A stretch of 64,000 nucleotides of DNA from Christensenellaceae bacterium (GTDB lineage: Bacteria > Bacillota > Clostridia > Christensenellales > Borkfalkiaceae), in assembly GCA_045654125.1 (NCBI GenBank), contig JAZOMU010000017.1, positions 1,672 through 65,671 on the forward strand. The letters run 5' to 3'. The notes beneath the pieces are model-generated. The model saw nothing but the letters and a program-made list of their open reading frames with translations, did no database searches and was not told the origin of the DNA. Position 1 is the first letter of the stretch, and every line of letters starts with the position of its first letter. Positions 10,664 through 20,441 of the stretch are shown here, in pieces. The translations under genes were made by a program, and so were the position numbers.

Positions 10664-11335
10664 ATGGACCAACTAACAATTAAACCTATTGCATATATAA
10701 AAACTGATTTTCCCGAAAAATTTGGGGTGCCTCGCCAAAGTGGCAGAGTACACTCTTTAACTGCAAAAATTATTTTTATTGATAAGTATAATACGCCAGA
10801 TGCTATTCGTGGAATTGATGGATTTTCACATTTATGGTTGATTTTTGGGTTTTCGCTATGCGATAACTCTACCTTCTCACCTACCGTTCGCCCACCAAGA
10901 CTTGGTGGTAACACTAAGATAGGTGTATTTGCTAGCCGTGCGCCGTTTAGACCTAATGGGCTTGGCTTATCTTCGGTTAAGCTAATAAGCGTAAATAGTG
11001 ACAATTCTCTCACCGTTTCGGGCGCAGACCTAGTTGACGGAACACCCATTTATGATATTAAACCTTATTTGCCTTTTACAGACAACCACGTTGATGCTGT
11101 TGGTGGATATGCTGATGAACATAAAGATTATCATTTGCAAGTAAATTTCCCAAGTGAACTTTTATCATTAATCCCAAAAGATAAACAAACTGCGCTTATT
11201 GATTGCTTAAAGGAAGACCCAAGACCATCTTATCAAGATGACCAAAGAGAATACGGCATGAAGTTTGCTAGCTTTAATCTTCGTTTTGTGGTTACAGGCA
11301 AGGTTTTAAAGGTTATAAGCGTGGAAAAATTATAA
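10664..11335 (+). CDS. trmO: tRNA (N6-threonylcarbamoyladenosine(37)-N6)-methyltransferase TrmO (YaeB/TsaA family)
   Basis: IKPIAYIKTDFPEKFGVPRQSG, DGFSHLWLIF, RPNGLGLS, GTPIYDIKPY motifs. Confidence 0.85.
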   Translation: MDQLTIKPIAYIKTDFPEKFGVPRQSGRVHSLTAKIIFIDKYNTPDAIRGIDGFSHLWLIFGFSLCDNSTFSPTVRPPRLGGNTKIGVFASRAPFRPNGLGLSSVKLISVNSDNSLTVSGADLVDGTPIYDIKPYLPFTDNHVDAVGGYADEHKDYHLQVNFPSELLSLIPKDKQTALIDCLKEDPRPSYQDDQREYGMKFASFNLRFVVTGKVLKVISVEKL

Positions 11336-11475
11336 ATTTTATATAAGTATAAGAAAAACTAATATATTTTTTAATTTTATAGCTTTTATATTATTGAAAT
11401 ATTGAAGTTTATTTGTTATAATAATTATCGTTAAATAATTTTTAATAAGTATTTTATTTTTACGGAGATACATAC

Positions 11476-12174
11476 ATGAAAAAACTCTATGCAGGTAAAA
11501 CAAAAGACGTTTATCAACTTGAAAACGGCAACGTGTTGCTTAAATTTAAAGATGATTGCACTGGTAAAGACGGTGTTTTTGACCCAGGTGAAAACAGCGT
11601 TGGTCTTACTATCGAAGGTATCGGCAAAGCTAACCTTAAATCATCAGTATACTACTTTGAAATGCTTAAAAAAGCAGGTATTAAAACCCACTACGTTTCA
11701 GCTGACCTAGATAACGCTACTATGGAAGTGCTCCCTGCTGAAAACTTTGGCAAAGCTCAAGGTGGCAATGGTTTAGAAGTTATTTGTCGTTTAGTTGCTA
11801 CTGGTAGCTTTATTAAGAGATATGGCGAATATATTAAAGACGGTACAGTGCTCGATGGTGGTTACGTTGAATGTACTTTTAAGAACGATGCTAAGGGCGA
11901 CCCACTAGTTACTGCTGAAGGTCTTAATGCTTTAAAAGTTATGGATTACGATATGTTCAATAGCATGAAAGAACAAACCTTAAAAATTACCAAAATTGTT
12001 GCTGACGACTTAAAGACTATCGGTTGCGACCTTTGGGATATTAAGTTTGAATTTGGTTACAATAACGGCGAAGTTATCCTTATCGATGAAATTGCTTCAG
12101 GCAATATGCGCGTATTCAAAGATGGCGTTAAACTTGACCCAATTGAACTTACCAAACTTATTAACAATAGATAA
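11476..12174 (+). CDS. purC: Phosphoribosylaminoimidazole-succinocarboxamide (SAICAR) synthase
   Basis: [18 protein letters not shown]...LKFKDD, C-terminal LIDEI motif. GGAG SD at 11464. Confidence 0.92.
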   Translation: MKKLYAGKTKDVYQLENGNVLLKFKDDCTGKDGVFDPGENSVGLTIEGIGKANLKSSVYYFEMLKKAGIKTHYVSADLDNATMEVLPAENFGKAQGGNGLEVICRLVATGSFIKRYGEYIKDGTVLDGGYVECTFKNDAKGDPLVTAEGLNALKVMDYDMFNSMKEQTLKITKIVADDLKTIGCDLWDIKFEFGYNNGEVILIDEIASGNMRVFKDGVKLDPIELTKLINNR

Positions 12175-12190
12175 TTATTTTTACAATTAA

Positions 12191-12218
12191 AAAGGTCGGC
12201 AATTGCCGACCTTTTTTT
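12191..12218. terminator. Bidirectional intrinsic terminator (purC / antiporter gene)
   Basis: AAAGGTCGGCA/TGCCGACCTTT stem followed by T7, A-run on the other side. Confidence 0.75.
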
Positions 12219-12236
12219 ACTTTTAAATTTGTTATT

Positions 12237-13532
12237 TTAATTTTGTTCAACTGTCTTATCTGGAGTACGAGCACTAACCTTACCTTCGTGGTCAATTTCA
12301 CCTGCTCTTGACAATGCAATTTTTGTTAAGAACGGACCGAATAGTTCGTAAATAAGCACCGAGAATAAGGTAATATTTGCAACGATTGCGCCTGTTGCAC
12401 CCAATCCATAAACAGCATCAGAAGCTTTTATTGCCATACCTAGCGCAACACCAGCTTGTGGGAATAGTGTTATACCTAAATATTTTGTAACGTTTGCAGG
12501 CGCTTTTGATAGCCTTGAAGATAAGTTTGCGCCATAGTATTTTCCTAAACAACGGAAAACTATATACACTACGCCAACTAAAACAATTAACACGTCTGTT
12601 AACACTAAAAGGTCAAGCTCTGCACCACTTAGCACGAAGAATAAGATAAATATCGGTGCTGTCCAACGGTCTAGCCTATCCATAAGTTCTTCTGAAAAAT
12701 CACATATATTACAGAAAATCGTACCGAGCATCATACAAGAAAGTAGCGATGAAAATGCAACGTGCACTCCAGCTATTTCAAACTTAAGCATTGAAACACC
12801 TACCGTTAAGAAAACGAACGCTACCGACATTGATAAACGTTTTGAACGTGAGTGGAAAAACCTTTCAAAGAAAGTAAACAAATATCCCATCAACGCCCCT
12901 AGTCCTATCGATAATACAACTTCAATGAGTGGCTCAACTACTATAGAAACAACGCTTACAGTACCTGAAAGCATACCTTTTGCAATACCGAACGATACTG
13001 AAAATAAAATCAAACCAACAGCATCATCAAGTGCAACTACGGGAAGAAGTGTGTCAGTTACAGGGCCCTTTGCCTTGTATTGCCTTACTACCATTAAAGT
13101 TGCGGCTGGTGCTGTTGCAGAAGCTACTGCACCTAGAACGATTGCCGCTTCTAAAGAAAGTTTATCTGGAATAATAAAATGCAAGGTTATCAATGCAAAA
13201 TCTACAAGAATAGTAGTTATTACAGCCTGTAAAATACCTATTGTAGTTGCTGATTTTCCTATGCTTTTTAGTTGAGATAGCCTAAACTCATTACCTATTG
13301 AGAAAGCGATGAAACCTAATGCAACGTCTGAAATAAGTGCAAACGATTTAGTTTTTATATCGCTAACTGTAAAACCAAGCCCTTGAACATTAAAAGCACC
13401 TAAACAAAATGGGCCAACTAGTATTCCTGCAACTAAATATGCTGTTACTGCAGGAAGTTTTACAAGTTTTGCTAAACGTGATAACATTAGCCCTGCGAAT
13501 AGTGCAACTGATAGGCTGAAAAGTATTTCCAT
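12237..13532 (-). CDS. Cation:proton antiporter (CPA2/Kef-NapA-like Na+/H+ exchanger family)
   Basis: About 12-TM protein starting MEILFSLSVALFAGLMLSRL. Start moved to ATG 13532 (GGAG SD 8 nt upstream), because the TTG-extended ORF begins inside a consensus promoter. Confidence 0.8.
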   Translation of the reverse strand: MEILFSLSVALFAGLMLSRLAKLVKLPAVTAYLVAGILVGPFCLGAFNVQGLGFTVSDIKTKSFALISDVALGFIAFSIGNEFRLSQLKSIGKSATTIGILQAVITTILVDFALITLHFIIPDKLSLEAAIVLGAVASATAPAATLMVVRQYKAKGPVTDTLLPVVALDDAVGLILFSVSFGIAKGMLSGTVSVVSIVVEPLIEVVLSIGLGALMGYLFTFFERFFHSRSKRLSMSVAFVFLTVGVSMLKFEIAGVHVAFSSLLSCMMLGTIFCNICDFSEELMDRLDRWTAPIFILFFVLSGAELDLLVLTDVLIVLVGVVYIVFRCLGKYYGANLSSRLSKAPANVTKYLGITLFPQAGVALGMAIKASDAVYGLGATGAIVANITLFSVLIYELFGPFLTKIALSRAGEIDHEGKVSARTPDKTVEQN

Positions 13533-13578
13533 AATCTTTACTCCACAACAATCTTTGGTATCTTGATTAACCTTAAAG

Positions 13579-13607
13579 ATTGTAATACTTTCTTTTTTAT
13601 TTGTCAA
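13579..13607 (-). promoter_or_regulatory. Promoter of the antiporter gene (TTGACA-17-TACAAT)
   Basis: Reverse complement: TTGACA 13602-13607, TACAAT 13579-13584. Direct repeat AATTGCACT x2 lies just upstream (13610-13650). Confidence 0.5.
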
Positions 13608-13660
13608 CGAATTGCACTATATATATAATAATAAATTGCACTCTTTATAACAACTCAAAT

Positions 13661-13697
13661 AAAAAAGCGCCGTTATTAACAGCGCTTTGTTTTTTTG
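13661..13697 (-). terminator. Intrinsic terminator after typA
   Basis: AAAGCGC...GCGCTTT stem flanked by A6/T8 runs. Confidence 0.6.
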
Positions 13698-13699
13698 GT

Positions 13700-15523
13700 T
13701 TATTCTAAGCCACGTGCTTTTCTTTTTAATCTCATTTCGGTATTGAGCGTTTTCTTTCTCAAACGAATATTTTTAGGAGTGATTTCCAACATTTCATCGT
13801 CGTTTATAAACTCCATCGCTTCTTCTAAACTCATAATTTTAGGAGTTTCTAAACGAAGTGCATCATCCGAGCCTGATGCACGAGTATTGGTTAGGTGCTT
13901 TCTTTTACAAACGTTTACGCTAATATCTTCGTTCTTTGGCGAAACACCTACTATCATACCTTCGTATACGCTAGTGCCTGCACCAATAAAGAGTTGCCCC
14001 CTGCCTTGTGCGTTAAAAAGTCCATAGGTTACGGCTTCACCCGTTTCAAATGCTACTAGCGAGCCTGTTGAACGACGTTCTATTTCCCCCTTAAACTCTT
14101 CATAACCATAGAATAATGTATTAAACACACCTTCACCACGCGTTTCGGTCAAAAATTGGCTCTTGTACCCAAAAAGTCCACGGGCTGGGACTTTGAACTC
14201 TAGCCTTATTCTGCTACCGATGTTTTCCATCTGCAAAAGCTCGCCTTTCCTAACGCCCATACTTGAAAAAACACTACCGGTTTTATCTTCTGGAACGTCT
14301 ACAACCAGCCTTTCCATAGGCTCTAGCGTTACGCCGTCTTGCTCTTTATACATTACCTTTGGCGCGCCAACTTGGAATTCATAACCTGCACGACGCATGG
14401 TTTCAATTAGAATTGAAAGGTGCATTTCACCCCTACCACAAACCCTGTACGAATCTGCAGAATCAGTTTCTTCTACGCGCAATGAAACGTCTTTTAACAT
14501 TTCCTTAAACAATCTATCTCTTAAATGGCGAGTGGTTACGAATTTACCTTCCTTACCTGCAAACGGACTATCGTTTACAGAAAATAGCATTTCTACCGTT
14601 GGCTCGGAAATTTTAACGAAAGGAACGGGCTCTACTAATTCAGGCGAACAAATAGTATCGCCAATAGATATGTTTTCTAACCCACTTACGCAAACTATAT
14701 CACCTGCTTTTGCATTTTCAACAGATACTCTAGATAAACCTTCTATTTGATATATACTAACTAGTTTACCTTTTATTTCTTTACCCGTTACGTTAAAGTT
14801 ACAGGTCTGCACGTCTTGGTTTATTGCAATTTTACCACGTTCTATTCTTCCTATACCTATTCTGCCTACGTATTCGTTATAGTCGATTGATGATACTAGC
14901 ATTTGGAAAGGTTCTTCCATTTCTACTTCTTGTGGTTCAAAATGATTTATTATAGCATCAAATAGTGGTTTTAGGTCTGTGCCTTGAACCTTGCAGTCAG
15001 TACTTGCAGTACCTGCTCTACCAGAACAGAAAATTATTGGACTTTCGATTTGGTCATCATTGGCATTTAAATCAAAAAGCAATTCTAAAATTTCGTCCTG
15101 AACTTCAGAAAGCCTTGCATCAGGACGGTCTATCTTGTTTACAACAATTATCAGTTTGTGATTGAGCTCTAGTGCCTTTTGCATTACAAAACGGGTTTGA
15201 GGCATTGGTCCTTCACACGCATCAACCAAAACGAGAACGCCGTTTACCATTTTAAGCACACGCTCAACTTCTCCACCGAAATCAGCGTGTCCAGGTGTAT
15301 CTACTATATTGATTTTTACTCCGTTATAAAATGCCGAAGTATTTTTTGCTAGTATAGTTATCCCACGTTCACGCTCTAAATCGCCCGAGTCCATAACTCT
15401 ATCCATTACTTCTTGGTTAGAACGGAAAACACCACCTTGTTTTAACATTTCATTGACCAGCGTTGTTTTACCGTGGTCTACGTGCGCAATGATTGCCACG
15501 TTCCTTACGTCAGTTCTTTTCAT
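13700..15523 (-). CDS. typA: Translational GTPase TypA/BipA
   Basis: [40 protein letters not shown]. Start moved to ATG 15523 (removes the overlap with the NUDIX gene). Confidence 0.95.
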   Translation of the reverse strand: MKRTDVRNVAIIAHVDHGKTTLVNEMLKQGGVFRSNQEVMDRVMDSGDLERERGITILAKNTSAFYNGVKINIVDTPGHADFGGEVERVLKMVNGVLVLVDACEGPMPQTRFVMQKALELNHKLIIVVNKIDRPDARLSEVQDEILELLFDLNANDDQIESPIIFCSGRAGTASTDCKVQGTDLKPLFDAIINHFEPQEVEMEEPFQMLVSSIDYNEYVGRIGIGRIERGKIAINQDVQTCNFNVTGKEIKGKLVSIYQIEGLSRVSVENAKAGDIVCVSGLENISIGDTICSPELVEPVPFVKISEPTVEMLFSVNDSPFAGKEGKFVTTRHLRDRLFKEMLKDVSLRVEETDSADSYRVCGRGEMHLSILIETMRRAGYEFQVGAPKVMYKEQDGVTLEPMERLVVDVPEDKTGSVFSSMGVRKGELLQMENIGSRIRLEFKVPARGLFGYKSQFLTETRGEGVFNTLFYGYEEFKGEIERRSTGSLVAFETGEAVTYGLFNAQGRGQLFIGAGTSVYEGMIVGVSPKNEDISVNVCKRKHLTNTRASGSDDALRLETPKIMSLEEAMEFINDDEMLEITPKNIRLRKKTLNTEMRLKRKARGLE

Positions 15524-15545
15524 AGTTGTCCTTCTTTTATAGTTA

Positions 15546-16073
15546 TTAACTTTCATGAATTGCGATTGATAGCGCAATCAACGTCTTTGCATCCTTAATT
15601 TCTTTATTTTTTAGCATTTCTTTAATGCGTTCCAGCTCAATCCACTCAGCAGATAAAAACTCTCCTTCGTCAAGTTGTGCTTTTGTTTGATGGAACTCTA
15701 TCGCACGATAAATCCTAATAATTTCGTTTGAATAGCCAGGGGTAGGATAAACTTCATAAAGTAGTTCTACCTTTTCTGCTTTAATACCACACTCTTCTTC
15801 AAGCTCGCGAACAGCAGTTTCCATTGGGTCTTCGCCTTGGTTAAGTTTACCTGCTGGGATTTCTAGCATTTCTTGTTGATAAGCGTACCTATACTGTCTT
15901 ACTAGTAAAACCTTGCCATCTTTTTGGCAAAGAACTGCACTGCCACCACTATGCTCTATAATTTCTCTTACAGCTTCTTTCCCGTCTGGAAGTACTACTT
16001 GGTCTTTCCTTACATTTAAAATCTTACCTTTATAAAAGTAAGATTCACTTTTAGTTTTTTCAGTTAAATTCAT
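15546..16073 (-). CDS. NUDIX hydrolase (ADP-ribose pyrophosphatase-like)
   Basis: Nudix box GKLNQGEDPMETAVRELEEECGI. Confidence 0.8.
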   Translation of the reverse strand: MNLTEKTKSESYFYKGKILNVRKDQVVLPDGKEAVREIIEHSGGSAVLCQKDGKVLLVRQYRYAYQQEMLEIPAGKLNQGEDPMETAVRELEEECGIKAEKVELLYEVYPTPGYSNEIIRIYRAIEFHQTKAQLDEGEFLSAEWIELERIKEMLKNKEIKDAKTLIALSIAIHES

Positions 16074-16876
16074 TTAACTATATCCTTAATAAGCGTGCTG
16101 ATTTTTTTTATTCTGCCAAAGAACGTAATTTTATGAACTTTTGCCATATACTTATAAGCTAAAAAAGCATAGCAGATAGCATCTTTATCTTCACTTTCTA
16201 TTACGTTTGCCAACATATCTATAACAAGCATAATGTTTTTTTGCTCTTCTAAACTAATCTTACTATTTTTAACTTTTTGTTTATCAGCAACGAGTAGCTC
16301 TTTTATCTTTTTAACGCTTAATCCATAGCTTTTTTCAAGAAGTTCTTTTTGTTTTAAGATTTCTTTTTCTTCTTCTGCCTTTTCTTTTGCCTTGCGCTCT
16401 TCTTCTTCAACAAGTGCATCTACGGGGTTTTGAAGTTTACCTTCTATCACGCTTTCCATAAGCATTTTTACAGAATGTTTAAAAGGTTTAATCATTGCAT
16501 TTATAAACGCATCGTATCCAGCAGAAAAACTACCGTCAACGTAAAAATACTTATTTAAGAAAGTAGCAAAGTCTATGCGTTTAGCATCAATATCAACTAG
16601 AACGTTAAAGATGAATGCCAAAAGTTCTCTTGAGTTTGGAGGAAGAACAAACTCCCCTTTATCACTTGATAAATACCTGCTCTTTACAAAGTATTTTTTT
16701 TGAGCTAGCGAATAATCAAAATCAGTTAGGCAGTTCTTAAAAATCGCAAGCAAAGTATCAGAACTTGCTATCGTTTTAAGCAAATTTACTATTTTAATAT
16801 CTGCTAAGATGTATTTACTGTCTATAAGTTCATCGGTGCGCTCTATAAACGCATCTAATTGTTCACGTATAGTCAA
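16070..16876 (-). CDS. Hypothetical protein, helical with a charged coiled-coil segment
   Basis: 268-aa ORF, ATGA overlap with the NUDIX gene. EEEERKAKEKAEEEKEILKQKELLEK segment. No family recognised. Confidence 0.6.
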   Translation of the reverse strand: MTIREQLDAFIERTDELIDSKYILADIKIVNLLKTIASSDTLLAIFKNCLTDFDYSLAQKKYFVKSRYLSSDKGEFVLPPNSRELLAFIFNVLVDIDAKRIDFATFLNKYFYVDGSFSAGYDAFINAMIKPFKHSVKMLMESVIEGKLQNPVDALVEEEERKAKEKAEEEKEILKQKELLEKSYGLSVKKIKELLVADKQKVKNSKISLEEQKNIMLVIDMLANVIESEDKDAICYAFLAYKYMAKVHKITFFGRIKKISTLIKDIVK

Positions 16877-16974
16877 AACTTTATCTCCTAGATATGTTTT
16901 TTTACATTATAGCATATTTTCCATACATTTATAAAGTTTTTTTCTTAATTTTTACAAAATTTTCACCAAATACA

Positions 16975-17003
16975 TTGAAAATTGTTGGCTTTTATGTTAC
17001 AAT
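16975..17003 (+). promoter_or_regulatory. Promoter (TTGAAA-17-TACAAT) of the DUF4364-like gene
   Basis: TTGAAA 16975-16980, TACAAT 16998-17003. Confidence 0.5.
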
Positions 17004-17034
17004 AAAAAACAGTAATATGGAGTAGAATTGGGTA

Positions 17035-17559
17035 ATGCAAGTTAAAGGAGATTCTTCACTTAACAAGTTAATACTTCTTTTCGTCTTTGATAAGATGGAA
17101 GTTCCGTTGTCTGAAAACACGGTTCTTGATATGTGCTGTTCTTCAAATAACTGGCTTGCCTATATGGATTGCCAGCCAATCTTAAACCAGCTACTAGATT
17201 GTGGTTGGATTTACAATATTGGCAACGCCGGCGAACCATTATATACTATTACCCCAGATGGGCGCATTTGCCTTGCCAACTTTTTTATAAACATACCTGC
17301 CTCTACGCGTGAAGCTATTTCGCTGTTTGTTAAATCAAACCGAGCAAAATATCGCAGAAAGCAAGAGTGCGTAGCAGATTATTTTATGAATAAAGATGGT
17401 ACTTACACCGTATACTTAAAAATAATAGAACCAGCCCAACCCGTACTTGAATTAAAGTTAGTAGTACCCAACAGGCAAATTGCTAAAGATATTTACAAGA
17501 AATGGGGCGAAAAAGCTGCAGACGTTTATCGCAACGTTTATGAAAATCTAGTTGACTAA
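17035..17559 (+). CDS. DUF4364-like protein (putative winged-helix regulator)
   Basis: N-terminal NKLILLFVFDKMEVPLSENTVLDM... resembles my recollection of DUF4364 proteins of Clostridia. Assignment from memory only. Confidence 0.55.
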   Translation: MQVKGDSSLNKLILLFVFDKMEVPLSENTVLDMCCSSNNWLAYMDCQPILNQLLDCGWIYNIGNAGEPLYTITPDGRICLANFFINIPASTREAISLFVKSNRAKYRRKQECVADYFMNKDGTYTVYLKIIEPAQPVLELKLVVPNRQIAKDIYKKWGEKAADVYRNVYENLVD

Positions 17560-17573
17560 TTAGGAGAATATTT

Positions 17574-17852
17574 ATGCAAACTTATATGACCAAAGGAACT
17601 TGTTCAAGACAAATTCTTTTTGACGTAACCGAAGATAATCAAGTAAAAAACGTAAAATTTATAGGTGGTTGCAGTGGCAACCTTCAAGCCGTTGCAAAAC
17701 TTGTAGACGGAAAAAATATTGACGAAGTTATTTCCGTTCTTAAAGGCATTAAGTGCAGAAGTAATACTTCTTGTGGTGACCAGCTTGCTTTAGCGCTTGA
17801 AGAGTATAAAGAAAAAAAGAGTTTGTTAGGCTCTGAAATAAACAAAAAATAA
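17574..17852 (+). CDS. TSCPD-domain small protein (TIGR03905-like 4-Cys protein)
   Basis: 92 aa, GTCSR...FIGGCSGNLQAV...GIKCRSNTSCGDQLA pattern. Confidence 0.65.
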   Translation: MQTYMTKGTCSRQILFDVTEDNQVKNVKFIGGCSGNLQAVAKLVDGKNIDEVISVLKGIKCRSNTSCGDQLALALEEYKEKKSLLGSEINKK

Positions 17853-17877
17853 TACAAAAGTTGCCAGTAAATAATAC

Positions 17878-17903
17878 AAAAGTTGCCAGTGCGCAACTTT
17901 TTT
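17878..17903 (+). terminator. Intrinsic terminator
   Basis: AAAAGTTGC/GCAACTTTT stem followed by a T-run. Confidence 0.6.
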
Positions 17904-18023
17904 GTATTAAATGGTTTATTTTGGTAATAATTATAAATAAATTTAGTTAAGTAACGTGAATTTTTAACTATTTTATTTATTTCTACATATAATATGTGTT
18001 AGTAACGATTTTAGGAGTGTGTT

Positions 18024-18542
18024 ATGGAAAACAAAATGATTAGTAAGGAAACAAAAACGATAATCATCGCAGTAGTTTTATTAGTCGTTGGCATTTTATT
18101 TTGCTTTTCACTTGCAATGGGATTAAATGCGCTTAGCTATATTATTGGTGCTTGCATTATCGTGGCCGGTGGGGCTTCAATATTTAGCACGGCAACTAAT
18201 AAGAAAACAACGCTTAACTACACGGGTATTATTGGGGCAACGATTATTGCACTTGGCATATTATTTATTGAGTATTGCCTTGCGAGTATACTTTTTGGTT
18301 TTGTGCCTTGGTTGCTTGTTATTGTGGGCGCTGTAGTAATTGTTGATGCTATCTTGAAAAAGCTTTCACAAAACAACAATACGATTTTTATTACAGAACT
18401 TATAGTTGGCATTGCCGTTTTAGCTCTTGGTTTGTGCTTAAAGTTTGTTCCCGGATTTATAGAATTCTCTTCTATAATGCTTGGAGTTGTAATGATAATC
18501 TACGCTTCATACCTACTAATTATGGTGTTTACAAAAAGATAA
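18024..18542 (+). CDS. Hypothetical multi-pass membrane protein
   Basis: 172 aa, about 5-6 hydrophobic helices, GGAG SD. No family recognised with confidence. Confidence 0.6.
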   Translation: MENKMISKETKTIIIAVVLLVVGILFCFSLAMGLNALSYIIGACIIVAGGASIFSTATNKKTTLNYTGIIGATIIALGILFIEYCLASILFGFVPWLLVIVGAVVIVDAILKKLSQNNNTIFITELIVGIAVLALGLCLKFVPGFIEFSSIMLGVVMIIYASYLLIMVFTKR

Positions 18543-18558
18543 ATTTATTTTGGTATAA

Positions 18559-18599
18559 AAAACGCGTTCAGGTTCTACCTAAACGCGTTTTGTTTTTTT
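18559..18599. terminator. Bidirectional intrinsic terminator
   Basis: AAAACGCGTT...AACGCGTTTT stem followed by GTTTTTTT. Confidence 0.7.
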
Positions 18600-18610
18600 G
18601 CATCCTTTTA

Positions 18611-19879
18611 CTACACCGTTTGCTGTATTTCAGCTTTTTCTTTTACGTAGTAATCGTAAAGTTCTTCGGTCGCAAAGTGTATTTTAGTTAGATGATTTTT
18701 AGCCTGTTTTAAGAACACAAAGTAACTTGTTTCATCAGTTGCAATATCAATGCAATCGCCACGGTTCAAGAAATTGAACTCAACGTGAGCAGAGTACATT
18801 GAAGATACCGGTTTGTTTACGTTAAACGGCTTTCCTTCAAGCGTAGTTCCCGTTATAGTAAAACCATTTTGGTCATGTGTAATAGTGCCATCGGCAACAT
18901 GTATAAACCCAGCACGCGTTGAATAGAAATCTTCTACTCTAACCGTATCTTCAAAATGATATTTGCCTGAACGAACTTCTTTTCTAACTTCTTCCCTTTC
19001 CCATCTATACCAATCAGGTATGTGTGAAAAGCCTTTGTCGGTATTGATGCCATTTAGCCTGCTTAACGTATCCATTTCCCACTTAGCGCCACAAGCGTTG
19101 CACCATAACATAGTGCCAGCACTTTGCATTTCAAATTCTTTGCCACAGTGTGGGCATTTATATAAAATGCTGTGCAAACCGTCTGCACGCTGTTTACATT
19201 TAACGTGCAAGTTGTTTTCCACCTGCCACTTATATTCGTCCTTAACAAACGCCTTTTCAATTCTTTCTTGAATTTGCTCTGCGCTCATCTCTTTAAGTTC
19301 TTCAGGTGTTAACAACACGTACAAATGCGATTCTTGGCGAATCTTTCTATAAGGGTGCTTGCTCCATTGTGGACTATTGATAAAGTTGCCGTTTGTCATA
19401 CACATAACAACAGGCACGCCTGCTAGCTTACACATTTTACCTAACGCACCATCAATACGCTCGTTTATTCCTGCAAACTCAAATCGAGCTTCTGGATAAA
19501 TAGTGCAGGTATAATTCATCTTTTTTAAGGTATATAAGATATGTTTCGCCGTTACTATATCGTGAGTAAACTTACGCTTTGGTATACCACCAACGCCACC
19601 CATTAGCCAAACGCCACGACGAAATTCTTCTACCGACATTACCCATGTTGTGTTTTTTGGCCTTATACCTTTTAGTATCATTGGGAAGTCCATAAAAGAC
19701 TGGTGTGTTGCTAGGATAAAGCACGGGCCTTTTATCTTTTTAACCTGCTTATCCGTCTTTACCTTAGCCCTTCCCGTTATCATAAAGAAAGGAACAGCCA
19801 CGGCTTCTACTATCTTTAAGTACCACCTAGGCTTATTCGGCTTTCTATACATATCAAATCTTTTGCCTATTTTTTTCAT
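18611..19879 (-). CDS. Lysophospholipid (1-acyl-sn-glycerol-3-phosphate) acyltransferase family protein with C-terminal zinc-ribbon-containing domain
   Basis: HxxxxD motif ATHQSFMDFP. CPHCGKEF...CNACGAKW zinc ribbon around residue 250. Start moved to ATG 19879 (MKKIGKRF), 10 nt after the dtd stop. Confidence 0.75.
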   Translation of the reverse strand: MKKIGKRFDMYRKPNKPRWYLKIVEAVAVPFFMITGRAKVKTDKQVKKIKGPCFILATHQSFMDFPMILKGIRPKNTTWVMSVEEFRRGVWLMGGVGGIPKRKFTHDIVTAKHILYTLKKMNYTCTIYPEARFEFAGINERIDGALGKMCKLAGVPVVMCMTNGNFINSPQWSKHPYRKIRQESHLYVLLTPEELKEMSAEQIQERIEKAFVKDEYKWQVENNLHVKCKQRADGLHSILYKCPHCGKEFEMQSAGTMLWCNACGAKWEMDTLSRLNGINTDKGFSHIPDWYRWEREEVRKEVRSGKYHFEDTVRVEDFYSTRAGFIHVADGTITHDQNGFTITGTTLEGKPFNVNKPVSSMYSAHVEFNFLNRGDCIDIATDETSYFVFLKQAKNHLTKIHFATEELYDYYVKEKAEIQQTV

Positions 19880-19889
19880 AATTACCCTT

Positions 19890-20327
19890 CTACTTTTCAA
19901 GCATGACGGTAAACGGCCCGTCGTTTGTTTGATTTATTTTCATATCAGCACCGAACACACCTAGTTGCACTGGTAACCCTTGACTAATTAAGCCTTTAGC
20001 AACGTATTCGTATAATTCATTAGCTTTATTAGGAGCTTCTGCATCTAGAAAATCAGGCCTATTCCCGTGAGAAGTGTTCGCATATAAGGTAAACTGGGAA
20101 ACAAGTAAAATTTCCCCACCCACGTCTACAATAGACTTGTTAATTTTGCCGTTCTCATCTTCACAAATACGTAATGATGGAATTTTTTTGATAAAAAAAT
20201 CTGCGTCTGCCGTAGTGTCGCCTTTTTTTACACCTAAAAAAATTACGTAACCTTGACCTATTTGAGAAACTAATTTGCCATCAACTTTTAAATTAGCATC
20301 TAGAACGCGTTGAATTACTGCTTTCAC
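19890..20327 (-). CDS. dtd: D-aminoacyl-tRNA deacylase
   Basis: (V->M)KAVIQRV...SQFTLYA...GNRPDF...GADMKI. GTG start at 20327 with AAGGA SD gives the canonical N-terminus. Confidence 0.9.
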   Translation of the reverse strand: MKAVIQRVLDANLKVDGKLVSQIGQGYVIFLGVKKGDTTADADFFIKKIPSLRICEDENGKINKSIVDVGGEILLVSQFTLYANTSHGNRPDFLDAEAPNKANELYEYVAKGLISQGLPVQLGVFGADMKINQTNDGPFTVMLEK

Positions 20328-20369
20328 ATTAAGTATCCTTGTTATATATGATACCATATTTAATTTTAT

Positions 20370-20399
20370 TTGACAAGCAAATACATAAAGGGGTATAAT
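20370..20399 (+). promoter_or_regulatory. Promoter (TTGACA-18-TATAAT)
   Basis: TTGACA 20370-20375, TATAAT 20394-20399. Confidence 0.5.
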
Positions 20400-20441
20400 T
20401 AGATAAACAAAATATTATGTTTTTGTTGTGGTTTAGCGTTT

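Noticed and set aside
10032-11049. ORFs 10032-10445 (plus) opposite the ZIP gene and 10657-11049 (minus) opposite trmO
   Set aside because: Shadow frames opposite well-supported genes.
11336-11475. Possible purine riboswitch upstream of purC
   Set aside because: No conserved three-way junction core sequences or terminator. The region is almost pure A/T.
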